Counted from the first letter of the stretch, positions 10,138-20,370 are shown. The stretch is DNA of 64,000 nucleotides from Candidatus Latescibacterota bacterium (GCA_965197905.1 CBDAOB010000004.1:320001-384000), one strand, 5' to 3'. A program made the numbers and translations. The notes: generated by a model not told the origin, from the sequence alone.

Positions 10138-12977
10138 AGATATCCAGAGCGACGTTTCTTCTCGCTCTCCTCATGACGCCGCACTTCGTTTTCGACTGCC
10201 TGCGCCAACCGCGACCCGCGCACCGTTGGCGGAAGGGTATCGAGCCAACTCTGCAACCGGTCCGCATCAAGCTCGACGTGTGCTCTGGCGACGTCTCGCG
10301 CCGGACCGAGGTTGGGTCGGGCACCGCCGGTTTCAGACTGGGCTTCGATGGCGCGACCCAGCCATTGCAAGCTCGCTTCGAGATCGCGACGCCGCAGCCG
10401 TGCGATCTTGAGGGCGGAATTCATACGCTCATACGGCGTTTTCGCCGTCCGATACCTTTCTTCGGCTAGTGCGAGTTCAGCGGGATCGGGCAATTCGTAG
10501 CGCAACAGGGCTCGTGCGCGTTCCGCGTCGAGCGCGCGCGTCGGAATAGGTTCGAGAAAATAACGTTGAAGCTCATCGAACGGCGTCAACGGCAACGCTG
10601 CGAAGGTGAATCGCACCAAGCGGTCCCACGGGTACCGCCGCAAGAGCTCGCGGTCGCCGCTTGAGTAACTGAGCCGCTGGTCGTCGTCCTTATAGATGTA
10701 AGGGGCTGACAAACGCGCAATGTCGTCGGGGGCGGCGCTGATCAGTGCCAAGATGCCCTCCAGCGAAGCTGTGTCGTACTGAGATTCCAGGCGCCAGCGC
10801 TTGTCGCTGACCAACCGCTCCCGCGCAAACACCTTGCCCCGCTCTTCGATCCAGGCGGTGCTGAATCGGGGGGGATCATTGCGTTTGAAGCTGAGCGTCA
10901 TGAAGTCGACAGGACCGGTGCGGACAAGAAACGTATGCGGGAACACCTCTGTCTGGGTTTTCACCAGACTCTGGGCTTCGTTGGGCGTGAGCCAGTAAAG
11001 CGGCACCCATTGCATCAGCACGCCGTCCTCCCGCAGCACCCGCTCTATGCTTTGATAGAACTCCAAAGAGTAGAGGGCATGCACGCCTTCCGCAGTAGGA
11101 GGGGGCGGTTCCATGGAGACCACATCGTAGTAGTCCGCAGAGGCGCGCTCCACAAAATGGCGTCCGTCGTCCAGGTGAATGGAAACTCGGGGATCGGTCC
11201 CGAGGTTGTGATTGAATTCCTTGAAGCGAGTGAGGGACAGCTCGATCATCTCCGGCGAGATGTCTACCACGTCCATCTGTTTGATCGGGTACATCAGCAG
11301 CGCTCCGAACGATTGACCCGAACCGATGGCGATTCCAAGAACGCGTTCGGGTGTTCCGGCGCGTGGATAGAAGAGCGCGGGCAGGTGCCCTTCTATCGCC
11401 TGAATCGAAAGCAGGCTGTCCGACACTACAGCCAGCACCTGATTTCCAGATGCGATGAATCGCTGTGTTCGGTCGGCGAAAACCGCGGCAGTGGTGATCG
11501 GACCTTCAATCAGGTCCAGAACCTTCATGCCCTGGAAGCGCTTGCCTACCCCATGGGTCTGCAGGGTTTCCAAGGTTACGTCATGACGCGCAAACCAGAT
11601 GGAACCCAACAACGCCGCGATGCCGAGAATGTGCCCTGGTCCTGCGGAGAGCCGTGTACGGGTATCTCTCTCCCTCACCAATCGGCTTTCCGCGCCGGCG
11701 CCCAGAGCTACAGTAAGCAGAGCAAAAGCGACCATCGTGCCGGTGAGACCGACCGTTGGCAGCAGGATGTAACCTGCGGCGAACCCGCCGGCGCTCGCAC
11801 CCAGAGTATTCCAGAAGACCAGGCCTCCAGATACGTTGCGGAGCTCGGTGCTGTGACGGGTGGCCGCGGCGATAAGGCCGGGGAGCGCCGTGCCTAGCAG
11901 CGTCACTGGGAGAAACAGTACGAGACTGATCTGAAAGAGCGGCGCAAAGAAGGTGGCATCTGCCGCCGGGCTAAAGAAGCGCCACGTCGGTTCCATAGTG
12001 GCGCTCGAGCGGGGAAGCTGGTATTCCGCCACGGTCCACCAGTCGAGACCGTAGAGGACCAGCAAGGCTGCGATCGGTTGAAGCAGTGCTATTACCCGCA
12101 ACGGATGGTACCCGTGGGCGAGGATGCGCGACATGACCATGCTGCCGGCCGCGAGCGCCGCGAGAAACACGGCAAGCAGTACGGCGGTCAAGTATACGGT
12201 AGCGTCGTTGAAGAGGGAGAAGTAGCGGACCCACGCGACCTGGTAGCCGATTGTCGCCAGCCCTGACACGACAGCCAGGGTGCAGAAGAAAAGAGTCGGT
12301 CCGGGCAGTCGCTCGGTCTCTGGGGTGGCCACATGAATCGGAGCGATTCCCCGAAAAAAGATAAGCGCCAAGGCGGCAATGGTGAGATTTCCGAAGCCGG
12401 CCGCCATGCTGGTGCCATTCATTCCAAGAGCGGGAATCGCGAAATAGCCGGTAAGTAGTACACCGATTACGGCGCCGACGATATTGAGCCCATAGAACAG
12501 GCTGGTGAGGGAACCGATGGAACCGTCGCGCTCGACGATTCCGTCCAGTAACAAAGGCAAGGTGCCGCCCATGAAGAAGGTGGGCACGATGAACAGCAGG
12601 AATAACAACGCGAAACGTAGGAGGAACAGGGCTTGGGCGTTTCCCGCCGCGTACGGATGGAGAACTCCGTAGGTTGCTCCGACCGCTTCGAAGAGAGTGG
12701 GAAACCCGAGGGCATAGATGCCGATGACAGCTTCGAACAGGCCGTAGACGAACAGCGGTGAGAGGCGCCGGCTGCGCAGGTGTCCGCCTACCCAAAGACT
12801 ACCAAATGCGAGACCGAGGAAGAAGCTGGTGAGTACAGTGGCGAGGGCGATCTGGCTGGAGCCCACTATCAGGGTCGCCTTGCGAATCCAGACGAGCTGG
12901 TATCCCAATCCCAGGGCCCCGGAAAGGGTAAACAGCACGCCGGCAAATAGAACGGCACTCCGCCGGGACAGCGGCAC
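10131..12977 (-). CDS. Fused multi-TM / spermidine synthase-like (SAM-dependent) membrane protein
   Basis: About 13 TM helices (SGALGLGYQLVW, PTFFMGGTLP), then VLGIAIGSGQS, VDIS, DDGRHF, MEPPPP, QWVP. GTG 12977 overlaps the TAG of the upstream remnant frame. Confidence 0.85.
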   Translation of the reverse strand: MPLSRRSAVLFAGVLFTLSGALGLGYQLVWIRKATLIVGSSQIALATVLTSFFLGLAFGSLWVGGHLRSRRLSPLFVYGLFEAVIGIYALGFPTLFEAVGATYGVLHPYAAGNAQALFLLRFALLFLLFIVPTFFMGGTLPLLLDGIVERDGSIGSLTSLFYGLNIVGAVIGVLLTGYFAIPALGMNGTSMAAGFGNLTIAALALIFFRGIAPIHVATPETERLPGPTLFFCTLAVVSGLATIGYQVAWVRYFSLFNDATVYLTAVLLAVFLAALAAGSMVMSRILAHGYHPLRVIALLQPIAALLVLYGLDWWTVAEYQLPRSSATMEPTWRFFSPAADATFFAPLFQISLVLFLPVTLLGTALPGLIAAATRHSTELRNVSGGLVFWNTLGASAGGFAAGYILLPTVGLTGTMVAFALLTVALGAGAESRLVRERDTRTRLSAGPGHILGIAALLGSIWFARHDVTLETLQTHGVGKRFQGMKVLDLIEGPITTAAVFADRTQRFIASGNQVLAVVSDSLLSIQAIEGHLPALFYPRAGTPERVLGIAIGSGQSFGALLMYPIKQMDVVDISPEMIELSLTRFKEFNHNLGTDPRVSIHLDDGRHFVERASADYYDVVSMEPPPPTAEGVHALYSLEFYQSIERVLREDGVLMQWVPLYWLTPNEAQSLVKTQTEVFPHTFLVRTGPVDFMTLSFKRNDPPRFSTAWIEERGKVFARERLVSDKRWRLESQYDTASLEGILALISAAPDDIARLSAPYIYKDDDQRLSYSSGDRELLRRYPWDRLVRFTFAALPLTPFDELQRYFLEPIPTRALDAERARALLRYELPDPAELALAEERYRTAKTPYERMNSALKIARLRRRDLEASLQWLGRAIEAQSETGGARPNLGPARDVARAHVELDADRLQSWLDTLPPTVRGSRLAQAVENEVRRHEESEKKRRSGYLW

Positions 12978-13200
12978 TAGGTAACTTTCCGTTCGGCCAA
13001 AGGGGTCCAACCGCGATCCGGCCCGCGGACCTTGGTGTGCTCCCAACGCTCTCGCAATGCGGCGAACGCCTGCGGATCGTGAATTTCCTTTTCGGGGCGC
13101 TCGGAATCGCGAATGACGAAATACGCCTCGCCGGGACTACACGCCATCGTCACCGGATCGCGCTCGGATGTGTGATTCTCGGGTATTTCGTCCAGGGTGC
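12977..13200 (-). pseudogene. 3' remnant of a truncated gene
   Basis: Stop-free frame TLDEIPENHTSERDP...GWTPLAERKVT* ends in a TAG coupled to the next GTG; coding continuity is lost upstream of about 13200. Confidence 0.5.
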
Positions 13201-13270
13201 CAGGCCAGTGTAAACCGTGACATCGCTAGTCTCCCCCGAATTTCAACAAGTCTCATGGTGTTCGTCATAA
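13201..13270 (-). mobile_element. Probable terminal 70 bp of a second IS (IS4-like terminus)
   Basis: CAGGCCAGTGTAAAC begins where the remnant frame breaks and resembles IS4-type termini from memory; family assignment unverified. Confidence 0.35.
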
Positions 13271-15411
13271 GTAGGGTCGGACCGGAGCGCCCTGCGCCAC
13301 ACGCGTGATGTGGGTTTCTCCGGCCCGCCCTCCGAACCGGACGTGCGCGTTACCACGCATCCGGCTCTCCACAAGGTGCCGTGTGACCGCAGAGTCTCAT
13401 CCGGTTGTCGCAGGCCAGGGAGAAGGGATCCGCGCCGATCGATAGCGGTAACGAGTCACTGCTACTTCGCCGACGTTGTAAAGAGCAATCCCGTCCTCGG
13501 TGGGCCACCATCCTGGCAGGTAGCGGCGTTTCAGCTTCCTCCAATTAAAGCGCGGGTGCTTGCGGCGCAGCCAATGCACTACGCGGCGCCAAGTGAAGCC
13601 CCGCACGTAGTTGAAAGTGGCCTTCGACACCCCGTACTGAAAGTAGTTGGCCCACCCCCGCAACACCGGATTGAGTTGGCGCAGAAGGCTCTTCAACGGC
13701 CTCTGCCGACCCGTTCTCGTGACTGCGCGCACCGTGCTCTTCAACCGGGCCAGAGATTCCTTTCTTGGCCACGTATAGATGCGTGCGCCAACCGGGCCCG
13801 GTTTCCGTCGCTTCTGAATGCGAAAACCCAGGAAATCGAAGCCACGGCTGATGTGCGTGATGGCGGTCTTCGTCTCCGACAGGTGCAGACCCATGGGGGT
13901 GAGAGTCACCCCCGCTTGGTCGCGCAGGTCATACGCTGCAGCTTCGGTGCCCGCCACCAGCAGCACGAAATCGTCAGCGTAACGGACAAGCCGACAAGTC
14001 GGTAGCCCCTTTCGCCGATGCGCTTGTCGCGCACTGGAGGTAGCGCCCACCTTTCTCCAGACCTCAGTGAAATAATCGTCGAGGACGGATAAGGCGATAT
14101 TTGCCACCAGCGGTGAGAGAATACCGCCTTGCGGAGTGCCCGAAGTGCTTTCTTGCAACACCGATTGTTCCGTGAGGACACCGGCCTTGCAGAACGCTTT
14201 TACAAGCCTCAGAACATGCTTATCACCGATACGTCGACGCACGCGGTCCAAGAGGGCTGCGTGATCAATCTCATCGAAACAAGCACGGATATCGCCCTCC
14301 ACCACCCACTCATAAGAGCGGGAGCAGAATTGATGAATCTCGGCGATGGCGTCCTGAGCCCGCCGATTCGGGCGGAAGCCGTAGGAGCACGGCTTGAAGT
14401 CCGCTTCGAAGATCGGTTCGAGCACCAGCTTGAGTGCGGCTTGGACCACTCGGTCCCGAGCGGTTGGGATGCCGAGCCGGCGCTTCTTCGTTGTGCCAGG
14501 TTTCGGAATCAACCGCTCGCGTACGGGCAGAGGCCGGAAACTGCGGGTCTTCAGATCAACCCGCACCTCGGCGAGAAAGGCCTCCTCGCCGCGTTCCGTC
14601 TCCACAGAGTAGGCCGTTTGTCCGTCCACTCCGGCCGAACGAGCACCCTTGTTGCTGCGCACCCGACGCCAGGCTACACTCAAAAACGCCGGGTCACACA
14701 CCAGGTTGAACAGGTCGTCGAAGCACTTGCTTCGATCCTCTACAGCCCAACGGTGCAGTTTGGTCTGGATTTCCAGTACTCGATTACGGGCTTGTTCTGC
14801 CTCGGGCCACGAAGCGCTGGCATTCACCGGCGTCCTCCTGTTTTTCCAGTACCCCACTGCGCAACTTGCTGCCTCCCTTCGCCATGTAAGCGGCTTTCCC
14901 GCTCGCGGACTACTACAGAGGCTCCGTCCCTTGCCAAGCCCCACAGCGGACAGCGCGCTGCCCCGATAACGGTCGGACTCGGCTCGGTTCCCACGTTCAC
15001 CATGAACCGTTTGACGGGGGAGGTGCCCAGCTTTTCCCCTGCAACTTCGCCTTGGGTACGCCGCAGGCATTCTCCAAGGCCTCTGCTTCGGTGGGTATCA
15101 CACCTCCCCAGAGTCGCAGTCGGTCATATATCCGACCACGTGCGTTGCGTACCAACCCTTATCCACCAGGTTTGGGTTGGCGGGCCGCTAAAGGGGGTTC
15201 CATCACTGGTTCACTTCGGGTTACACCATTCCGTCTTGCTTGCCAGACGTGGAGTGTCTGGAGGTGCCACTCCACTCTGTCGTTGTCGAGGCTGCTTCCA
15301 CCTTCCCCTGCGCTCCCAGGGTCAGGCTGCCTCCAGCTTCAACGGGCTGCTGCGACAGCCCGTTGGTGGGTCCTTGCATCCCACCCGGTTCTCTGGCGCC
15401 TCGTGGCGCAC
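13271..15411 (-). mobile_element. Group II intron, full length (about 2.14 kb)
   Basis: 5' end GTGCGCCACG at 15411; domain V GAGAGCCGGATGCG-TGGTAA-CGCGCACGTCCGGTTCGGAG; domain VI ending CCGACCCTAC at 13271 with the branch A 7 nt from the end. Confidence 0.93.
13397..14827 (-). CDS. ltrA: Group II intron reverse transcriptase/maturase (no HNH endonuclease domain)
   Basis: GVDG, LGIP..DRVVQ, SYGFRP, GTPQGGILSP, YADD, FDFLGF, domain X GWANYF; GTG start after AGGAGG. Confidence 0.95.
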   Translation of the reverse strand: MNASASWPEAEQARNRVLEIQTKLHRWAVEDRSKCFDDLFNLVCDPAFLSVAWRRVRSNKGARSAGVDGQTAYSVETERGEEAFLAEVRVDLKTRSFRPLPVRERLIPKPGTTKKRRLGIPTARDRVVQAALKLVLEPIFEADFKPCSYGFRPNRRAQDAIAEIHQFCSRSYEWVVEGDIRACFDEIDHAALLDRVRRRIGDKHVLRLVKAFCKAGVLTEQSVLQESTSGTPQGGILSPLVANIALSVLDDYFTEVWRKVGATSSARQAHRRKGLPTCRLVRYADDFVLLVAGTEAAAYDLRDQAGVTLTPMGLHLSETKTAITHISRGFDFLGFRIQKRRKPGPVGARIYTWPRKESLARLKSTVRAVTRTGRQRPLKSLLRQLNPVLRGWANYFQYGVSKATFNYVRGFTWRRVVHWLRRKHPRFNWRKLKRRYLPGWWPTEDGIALYNVGEVAVTRYRYRSARIPSPWPATTG

Positions 15412-15933
15412 GATCCCGTCGGCCCAGGCGTACACCAGCTCGCGGTCATCCAGCCGTCGGCTGCGCCAGGCGTGGTATTCGACGATCCACTTATCCCGCA
15501 AACGCGCGATTGAGGACGGCGACAGCGGCGCTCCCGCTCCCAGCAGGCCGCGCAGCGCCAGCTCGAAGTCGCCTTGGGACAGACCGTGCAGATACAGTTC
15601 CGGCAACAGCTGACCCACCTCCTTCGTACGCCGCGCAAACAGCGGCAGAATGGCGCTCTCGAAGCGCTCTTCCAGACCTCGCACGCGTGGACGTTTTACC
15701 TCGATCGTGCCCGAGGTACAGGACAGTCGCCGCCGCTTCCCGTAGCCATTTCGATAGCCGCCGGGTGCGTCCAACGGGGCCTGACGCTGGTAGCGCGACC
15801 GCCCCAGCACCTGCGTCACTTCTTCATCCAAAACCGACTGCATCAAAGACTGAATCTGCGACCGCGTCCACGCTTCCAACGTTTCGAACGTGGGCATGGA
15901 CATTTCCGCGGTGCTCAGCTTAGGTTGTGGCAT
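15412..15933 (-). pseudogene. IS256 family transposase, N-terminal part interrupted by the intron
   Basis: YRNGY, RPRVR, LYLHGLS.GD, YAWADGI ending exactly at the intron 5' boundary; no downstream part after the intron. Confidence 0.9.
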
Positions 15934-16041
15934 GGCGATTCTCCTCTTCCTGCCGGGACAGCCCCGGCGCGTGTAATGTCTAATTACAAAGGAAGGGTAG
16001 GATCGCCTTCTGTGTATTTCCACACCTTTTGATTCTAGCTC
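15412..16041 (-). mobile_element. IS256 family element, left part with left terminal inverted repeat
   Basis: GAGCTAGAATCAAAAGGTGTGGAAAT on the minus strand from 16041 resembles IS256 termini; it lies 108 bp upstream of the transposase ATG. Confidence 0.75.
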
Positions 16042-16144
16042 TGTCCATTCGCACTCGCCGTCATCGAGGCCCAGGGGTGTGCCAGTACGGGTGCATGAGT
16101 AGAAGAACGGCGAAGAAGCTACCTGCGGAGATCTGCCTGTCAAT

Positions 16145-17221
16145 ATGTCGGAACGGAAGCTTGACCCGCGAATAGAAACCACACACTACCCTCGCCGCAT
16201 CGTCGAGAGTCTGACCGAAGGCGTGGTCGTGTTCGATCGGAAAGGCCTGATCCAAGTTGCCAATCCCGCATTGACGGCATTGGTGAGCCGTCCCACACCT
16301 TCCGGATCGAAGCTCGAGGATCTCGTCGGCCCGGGCGTCGCCCTGCACCACGCGTTTCTGCGTGCGCTCGAGGGTGAGCCACTGACCGACGAAGATCTCC
16401 AGTTTTCTTCCGCCGATGGACGTAACCTGTGGCTGCGGCTTACAGCCACTCGACTCAAGGACGAAGATTCAAACCTCCTTGGAACGATGGTGATCCTCAA
16501 AGATGTATCCGACCTGAAACGCGCGGAACGGGAAATCTGGCAGGTTGAGAAGATGAGCGCCCTCGGGCGCCTCGCCGCATCGGTGGCCCACGAGGTGGGC
16601 AATCCGCTTGGGGCGATCGACATTCAGCTTCAGCTCTTGCAAGAAGATGTGGCAGCCCTGGGAGAGGCGATGAGCGAGAAATCGGTGCGCAGATTGCAGA
16701 TCGCTCGTGCCGAGATGAGGCGGTTGGAGGGCATCGTGCAGAACTTCCTCCGCTTCTCGAGACCGCCGACGCTTCATCTGCTCAAGGTGTCGCCTAACGA
16801 TCTTCTAACTCGGGTTGTCGATCTGGTAACGCCGGAAGCGCGGGAGCAAGGGATCTACCTCTCCGCCAACCTGGGAACCTCGCTCCCCTCTGTCCTCATC
16901 GATGAAAATCAGTTGAGCCAGGCGTTGCTGAACGTGATCGTCAATGCGTTCCAGGCCGTTTCGGCAAGCGCCCGTGTGCTGCTCTATACAAAGGTGGAGT
17001 CGGATTCGGTGATCTTTGAGGTCGCCGACAATGGCTGCGGCATCGCTGCGGAGGATATGGAGCACATATTTGAGTATTACTATACTACGAAAGATGAGGG
17101 CACCGGTCTGGGTCTCTCCATTGCCCAGCGCATCGTGCACCACCACGGTGGAACCCTCGAACTGGAAAGCCAGGTGGGCGAAGGCACCACAGTCGCCATT
17201 CGATTGCCAGCCGTTCGCTAA
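16145..17221 (+). CDS. Cytoplasmic PAS-domain sensor histidine kinase (NtrB/AtoS-like)
   Basis: PAS region, H-box VAHEVGNPL, N-box LLNVIVNA, DNGCG, GTGLGL; no TM helices. Confidence 0.93.
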   Translation: MSERKLDPRIETTHYPRRIVESLTEGVVVFDRKGLIQVANPALTALVSRPTPSGSKLEDLVGPGVALHHAFLRALEGEPLTDEDLQFSSADGRNLWLRLTATRLKDEDSNLLGTMVILKDVSDLKRAEREIWQVEKMSALGRLAASVAHEVGNPLGAIDIQLQLLQEDVAALGEAMSEKSVRRLQIARAEMRRLEGIVQNFLRFSRPPTLHLLKVSPNDLLTRVVDLVTPEAREQGIYLSANLGTSLPSVLIDENQLSQALLNVIVNAFQAVSASARVLLYTKVESDSVIFEVADNGCGIAAEDMEHIFEYYYTTKDEGTGLGLSIAQRIVHHHGGTLELESQVGEGTTVAIRLPAVR

Positions 17222-17223
17222 CC

Positions 17224-18582
17224 ATGCCTCGACGAAAAATCCGCATTCTCATAGCCGACGACGAACTGTTTATCCGCGAGGGTCTGCAGGAGGCGCTTCA
17301 GCGACCGCAATTCCAGATTGATCTTGCGGCCGACGGGTTGCAGGCTCGAGACCTGTTGCGAACCTCTAACTACCACCTGGTGGTTCTCGACTTGCGCATG
17401 CCCGGTTTGAGCGGCATGGATCTCCTGGAAGAGATTCGCGACGACTTTCCCGACACCCAGAGCATCGTGCTGACTGCTCACGGCAACGTCAACACCGCGG
17501 TGGAAGCAATGAAGCTGGGGGCCTTCGACTTCATCACCAAACCGGTGGAGATCGACCACCTTAGACTCCTGGTCGATCGAGCCCTGGAAAACCTGGAATT
17601 ACTGCAGCAGAACAGGAGCATGCAAAACCGCCTGACGACACAGGACAGCTTCCGTCGAATCGTACGGCGAAGCGCGACGATGCAGGAGGCGATCAAGACG
17701 GTGAAGCAGGTAGCCATGTCGGATGTCCCCGTCCTGCTGCGAGGGGAAACCGGTGTGGGTAAGGAGCTCATCGCGCGCGCCATCCACGAGCGCAGCCGCC
17801 GAAACGAACGGACGTTCGTCGCCGTGAACTGTGGCGGATTTACCGAGGAACTGTTCGCCAGCGAGATTTTCGGTCACGTGCGCGGAGCCTTTACCGGAGC
17901 CCACGCCGACAAACCCGGCCGTTTTACGCTGGCCGAATCAGGCACCCTGTTCCTGGACGAAATCGGAGAGGTGCCGCTGAAGAACCAGGTGGAGCTGCTG
18001 CGGGTTCTCGAAGCGGGAGAATTCCAGCCAGTAGGTGATTCGAAGGTGCACATGGCGGATGTGCGGATCATCGCGGCGACCAACCGCGACCTGTTGGAGG
18101 GGGTGAAGACCGGTCTGTTTCGGGAAGACCTCTATTACCGGTTGGAGGTCGTGCCGATAGACATCCCCCCGCTGCGCGAGCGCCGAGAGGACATACCGCT
18201 ATTGGCGGAGATTTTCCTGGAGGAGTCCTGTCGCGCCCACAACCAGGGGCGCAAGAGCATAGCTTCGGAAACGATGCCCCTATTGATCAATCACGCGTGG
18301 CCGGGCAATGTACGGGAGCTGCGAAACTTGATTCAGAGACTGGTGGTCACAGCCCCAGGTGGCGCCATCAAGCCGGAAAACCTGCCCAAAGCGCTCGCCG
18401 CCGTCGATGGGGACACAACCCAGATAAGCATCGAGCTTGGCGCCTCCCTTGAGGAGGTCGAGGCGGAATTGATCCGGGAGACCCTCGGCAGAATCACCTC
18501 CAACCGCCGACAGGCGGCAGCGGTTCTGGGCATCAGCGTCCGCGCCCTACAGTACAAATTGAAGAAGTACGGCATTCATTAG
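17224..18582 (+). CDS. Sigma54-dependent response regulator (NtrC/AtoC family)
   Basis: REC (ADDE, DLRMP), [23 protein letters not shown]-terminal HTH. Confidence 0.95.
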   Translation: MPRRKIRILIADDELFIREGLQEALQRPQFQIDLAADGLQARDLLRTSNYHLVVLDLRMPGLSGMDLLEEIRDDFPDTQSIVLTAHGNVNTAVEAMKLGAFDFITKPVEIDHLRLLVDRALENLELLQQNRSMQNRLTTQDSFRRIVRRSATMQEAIKTVKQVAMSDVPVLLRGETGVGKELIARAIHERSRRNERTFVAVNCGGFTEELFASEIFGHVRGAFTGAHADKPGRFTLAESGTLFLDEIGEVPLKNQVELLRVLEAGEFQPVGDSKVHMADVRIIAATNRDLLEGVKTGLFREDLYYRLEVVPIDIPPLRERREDIPLLAEIFLEESCRAHNQGRKSIASETMPLLINHAWPGNVRELRNLIQRLVVTAPGGAIKPENLPKALAAVDGDTTQISIELGASLEEVEAELIRETLGRITSNRRQAAAVLGISVRALQYKLKKYGIH

Positions 18583-18583
18583 C

Positions 18584-18596
18584 TGCAAAATCTGCA
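18584..18596. promoter_or_regulatory. Putative enhancer site TGCA-N5-TGCA (related copies at 18880-18892 and 18979-18991)
   Basis: TGCAAAATCTGCA, CGCAAAATTTGCA, TGCAAATTGTGCA; an IHF-like TATCAACTAGTAA at 18664-18676 lies between the first site and the promoter. Confidence 0.55.
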
Positions 18597-18694
18597 GATC
18601 AGTGCCGATAGTGGAGTCGTGTTTTCTGCCGAACTCCGCCGGATCTCATCCTAATCCCTTTATTATCAACTAGTAACGACGACGTCTGGGCTTG

Positions 18695-18710
18695 TGGCAT
18701 TTTTTTTGCC
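18695..18710 (+). promoter_or_regulatory. Sigma54 (-24/-12) promoter
   Basis: TGGCATTTTTTTTGCC with exact GG-N10-GC spacing, downstream of a sigma54 activator gene. Confidence 0.75.
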
Positions 18711-18934
18711 CTTTACTCGAGCGATTGGAATTGACTCGTTCGAAGGCGATTGATGTCGGCTGCACCTACGATTTCTAACCTTTTGTTCCCCATCTATTTC
18801 CTTATCGATACACGCAAGAGTCCCCGCTTGGCTTTTACTGCCTGCATGATTCGACAGGGACCGAGTACGCGCGAATCGCCGCAAAATTTGCATTCGCTGA
18901 TCTTTCGCTGGGGTCCCTCGGGTTCGAGGCGATA

Positions 18935-19489
18935 ATGCAGAACTCTTGGACTCTTGCGTCCCCAGCGCCGTTGAATAGTGCAAATTGTGCAGAAACGGGT
19001 CTTGCGGACATTTCGCACCTGGTCGACAAGGTGGTTCTAGTTCCCAGGCTCGGGGCGGATACGAAGATTGGAGCCATCAAGGAACTGGTGGACCGGCTGC
19101 ATCATGAGGGCGCCGTTTCGGACAGTCTCAGATTCCTGCAGGCCGTGCTAGAGCGCGACGACTTGCAGAGTACCGTGATCGGCGAGGGCATTGCGTTGCC
19201 CCACGCCCGCAGCAGCGCCGTCACACGTTTGGGAATTGCGGTTGGCCTGGCCCCCAAGCAGATCTCCTACCCATCCGCCGATGACCGCGACGAGGTCCAG
19301 GCGATCGTCCTGGTGGCGGTACCGGCGGATGCCGTCGACTCCTATCTGTCCATTCTCGGCGCCCTGGCATCCGCGCTGGACCGCACCGCAATAATCGAGC
19401 AGCTCCGGAATGCCACTACCTCCAACGACATCATCAAGGTCTTTTCGAACGGCAGCATGGTTCCCCCAAGTCTCCCACAGAAAGGCTAA
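18935..19489 (+). CDS. PTS EIIA domain protein (Ntr/Fru type)
   Basis: VLERD..QSTVIGEGIALPHAR with the phosphoacceptor His; start uncertain. Confidence 0.88.
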   Translation: MQNSWTLASPAPLNSANCAETGLADISHLVDKVVLVPRLGADTKIGAIKELVDRLHHEGAVSDSLRFLQAVLERDDLQSTVIGEGIALPHARSSAVTRLGIAVGLAPKQISYPSADDRDEVQAIVLVAVPADAVDSYLSILGALASALDRTAIIEQLRNATTSNDIIKVFSNGSMVPPSLPQKG

Positions 19490-19496
19490 AAAACAG

Positions 19497-20369
19497 ATGG
19501 CTTATGCGATTCAAGAGGCTCTCAACGACGAGGATAGCACGCTTCGCATGTACTTCGAAGACATCTCCAGCTCGACTCCGCTTTCCCGTGAGCGGGAGGT
19601 TGAGCTGTCCGCCCGAATTACCGACGGGGACATGGAAGCCCGAGAAGAACTGGTGCATGCGAACCTTCGATTCGTTATCGACGTGGCCAAGAACTATCAG
19701 AATCGCGGGCTGTCCCTGGCCGACCTCATCAGCGCCGGCAATGTCGGTTTGATGACCGCCGCCGATCGCTTCGACGGAACCAAGGGATACAAGTTCATCT
19801 CCTATGCCGTATGGTGGATCAAACAGTCGATCCTGCAGACCATCGCCGATCATGCCCGCACGGTCAGACTGCCGCTCAACAAGCTTAGCCTGTTGAAGGA
19901 CATCTCTCGCGTATCCCGTCAGTTGGGACAGGGTCGCGAGGCCGAACCTGACGTCGAAGAGATTGCCGCTGTCCTCGAGGTAGCTCCCGAAGACGTGAGA
20001 GATACGGTTCTCAGCGCACGCAGCGTTCGCTCACTCGACGAGTCGTTCGAGGAAGACGATGAACGCAGCCTGATGAACATGCTGGCCGATTCGCGCCAGG
20101 AAGCGCCGGATCAAGGACTGCTCTCCGACTCGGCGCGACAGCACCTTGAAAGCATCCTCTGCAATCTTGACGAGAGGGAGTTTCGCATCATCAAGCTGTA
20201 CTTCGGCCTGGACGGGCACGAGGCACTGACTTTGGAAGAAATCGGAGGCATGATGAGCCTCACGCGCGAGCGCATTCGCCAGCTGAAGGAGCGCGCTCTG
20301 GGCAAACTCCGTCATCCTTCCAGATACGAAGCGCTCGCCTGCCTGGTGGACGGTCGCGAATCTGGCTGA
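19497..20369 (+). CDS. Sigma70 family sigma factor, RpoD/SigA-like without region 1.1
   Basis: ANLRFVIDVAK, KFISYAVWWIKQSI, RTVRLP, LTRERIRQ. Confidence 0.93.
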   Translation: MAYAIQEALNDEDSTLRMYFEDISSSTPLSREREVELSARITDGDMEAREELVHANLRFVIDVAKNYQNRGLSLADLISAGNVGLMTAADRFDGTKGYKFISYAVWWIKQSILQTIADHARTVRLPLNKLSLLKDISRVSRQLGQGREAEPDVEEIAAVLEVAPEDVRDTVLSARSVRSLDESFEEDDERSLMNMLADSRQEAPDQGLLSDSARQHLESILCNLDEREFRIIKLYFGLDGHEALTLEEIGGMMSLTRERIRQLKERALGKLRHPSRYEALACLVDGRESG

Positions 20370-20370
20370 A

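Noticed and set aside
14129..15613. 494-aa plus-strand ORF (and the 231-aa ORF at 13310-14005)
   Set aside because: Antisense shadows of the intron RT in GC-rich DNA, with no recognisable motifs.
15322..16182. 286-aa ORF as an intact transposase
   Set aside because: The N-terminus extends outside the IS and the C-terminus is read-through into the intron; most of the DDE domain is missing.
18750..18935. 61-aa ORF in the leader downstream of the sigma54 promoter
   Set aside because: No clear RBS, atypical composition and overlap with candidate regulatory sites; it cannot be supported.
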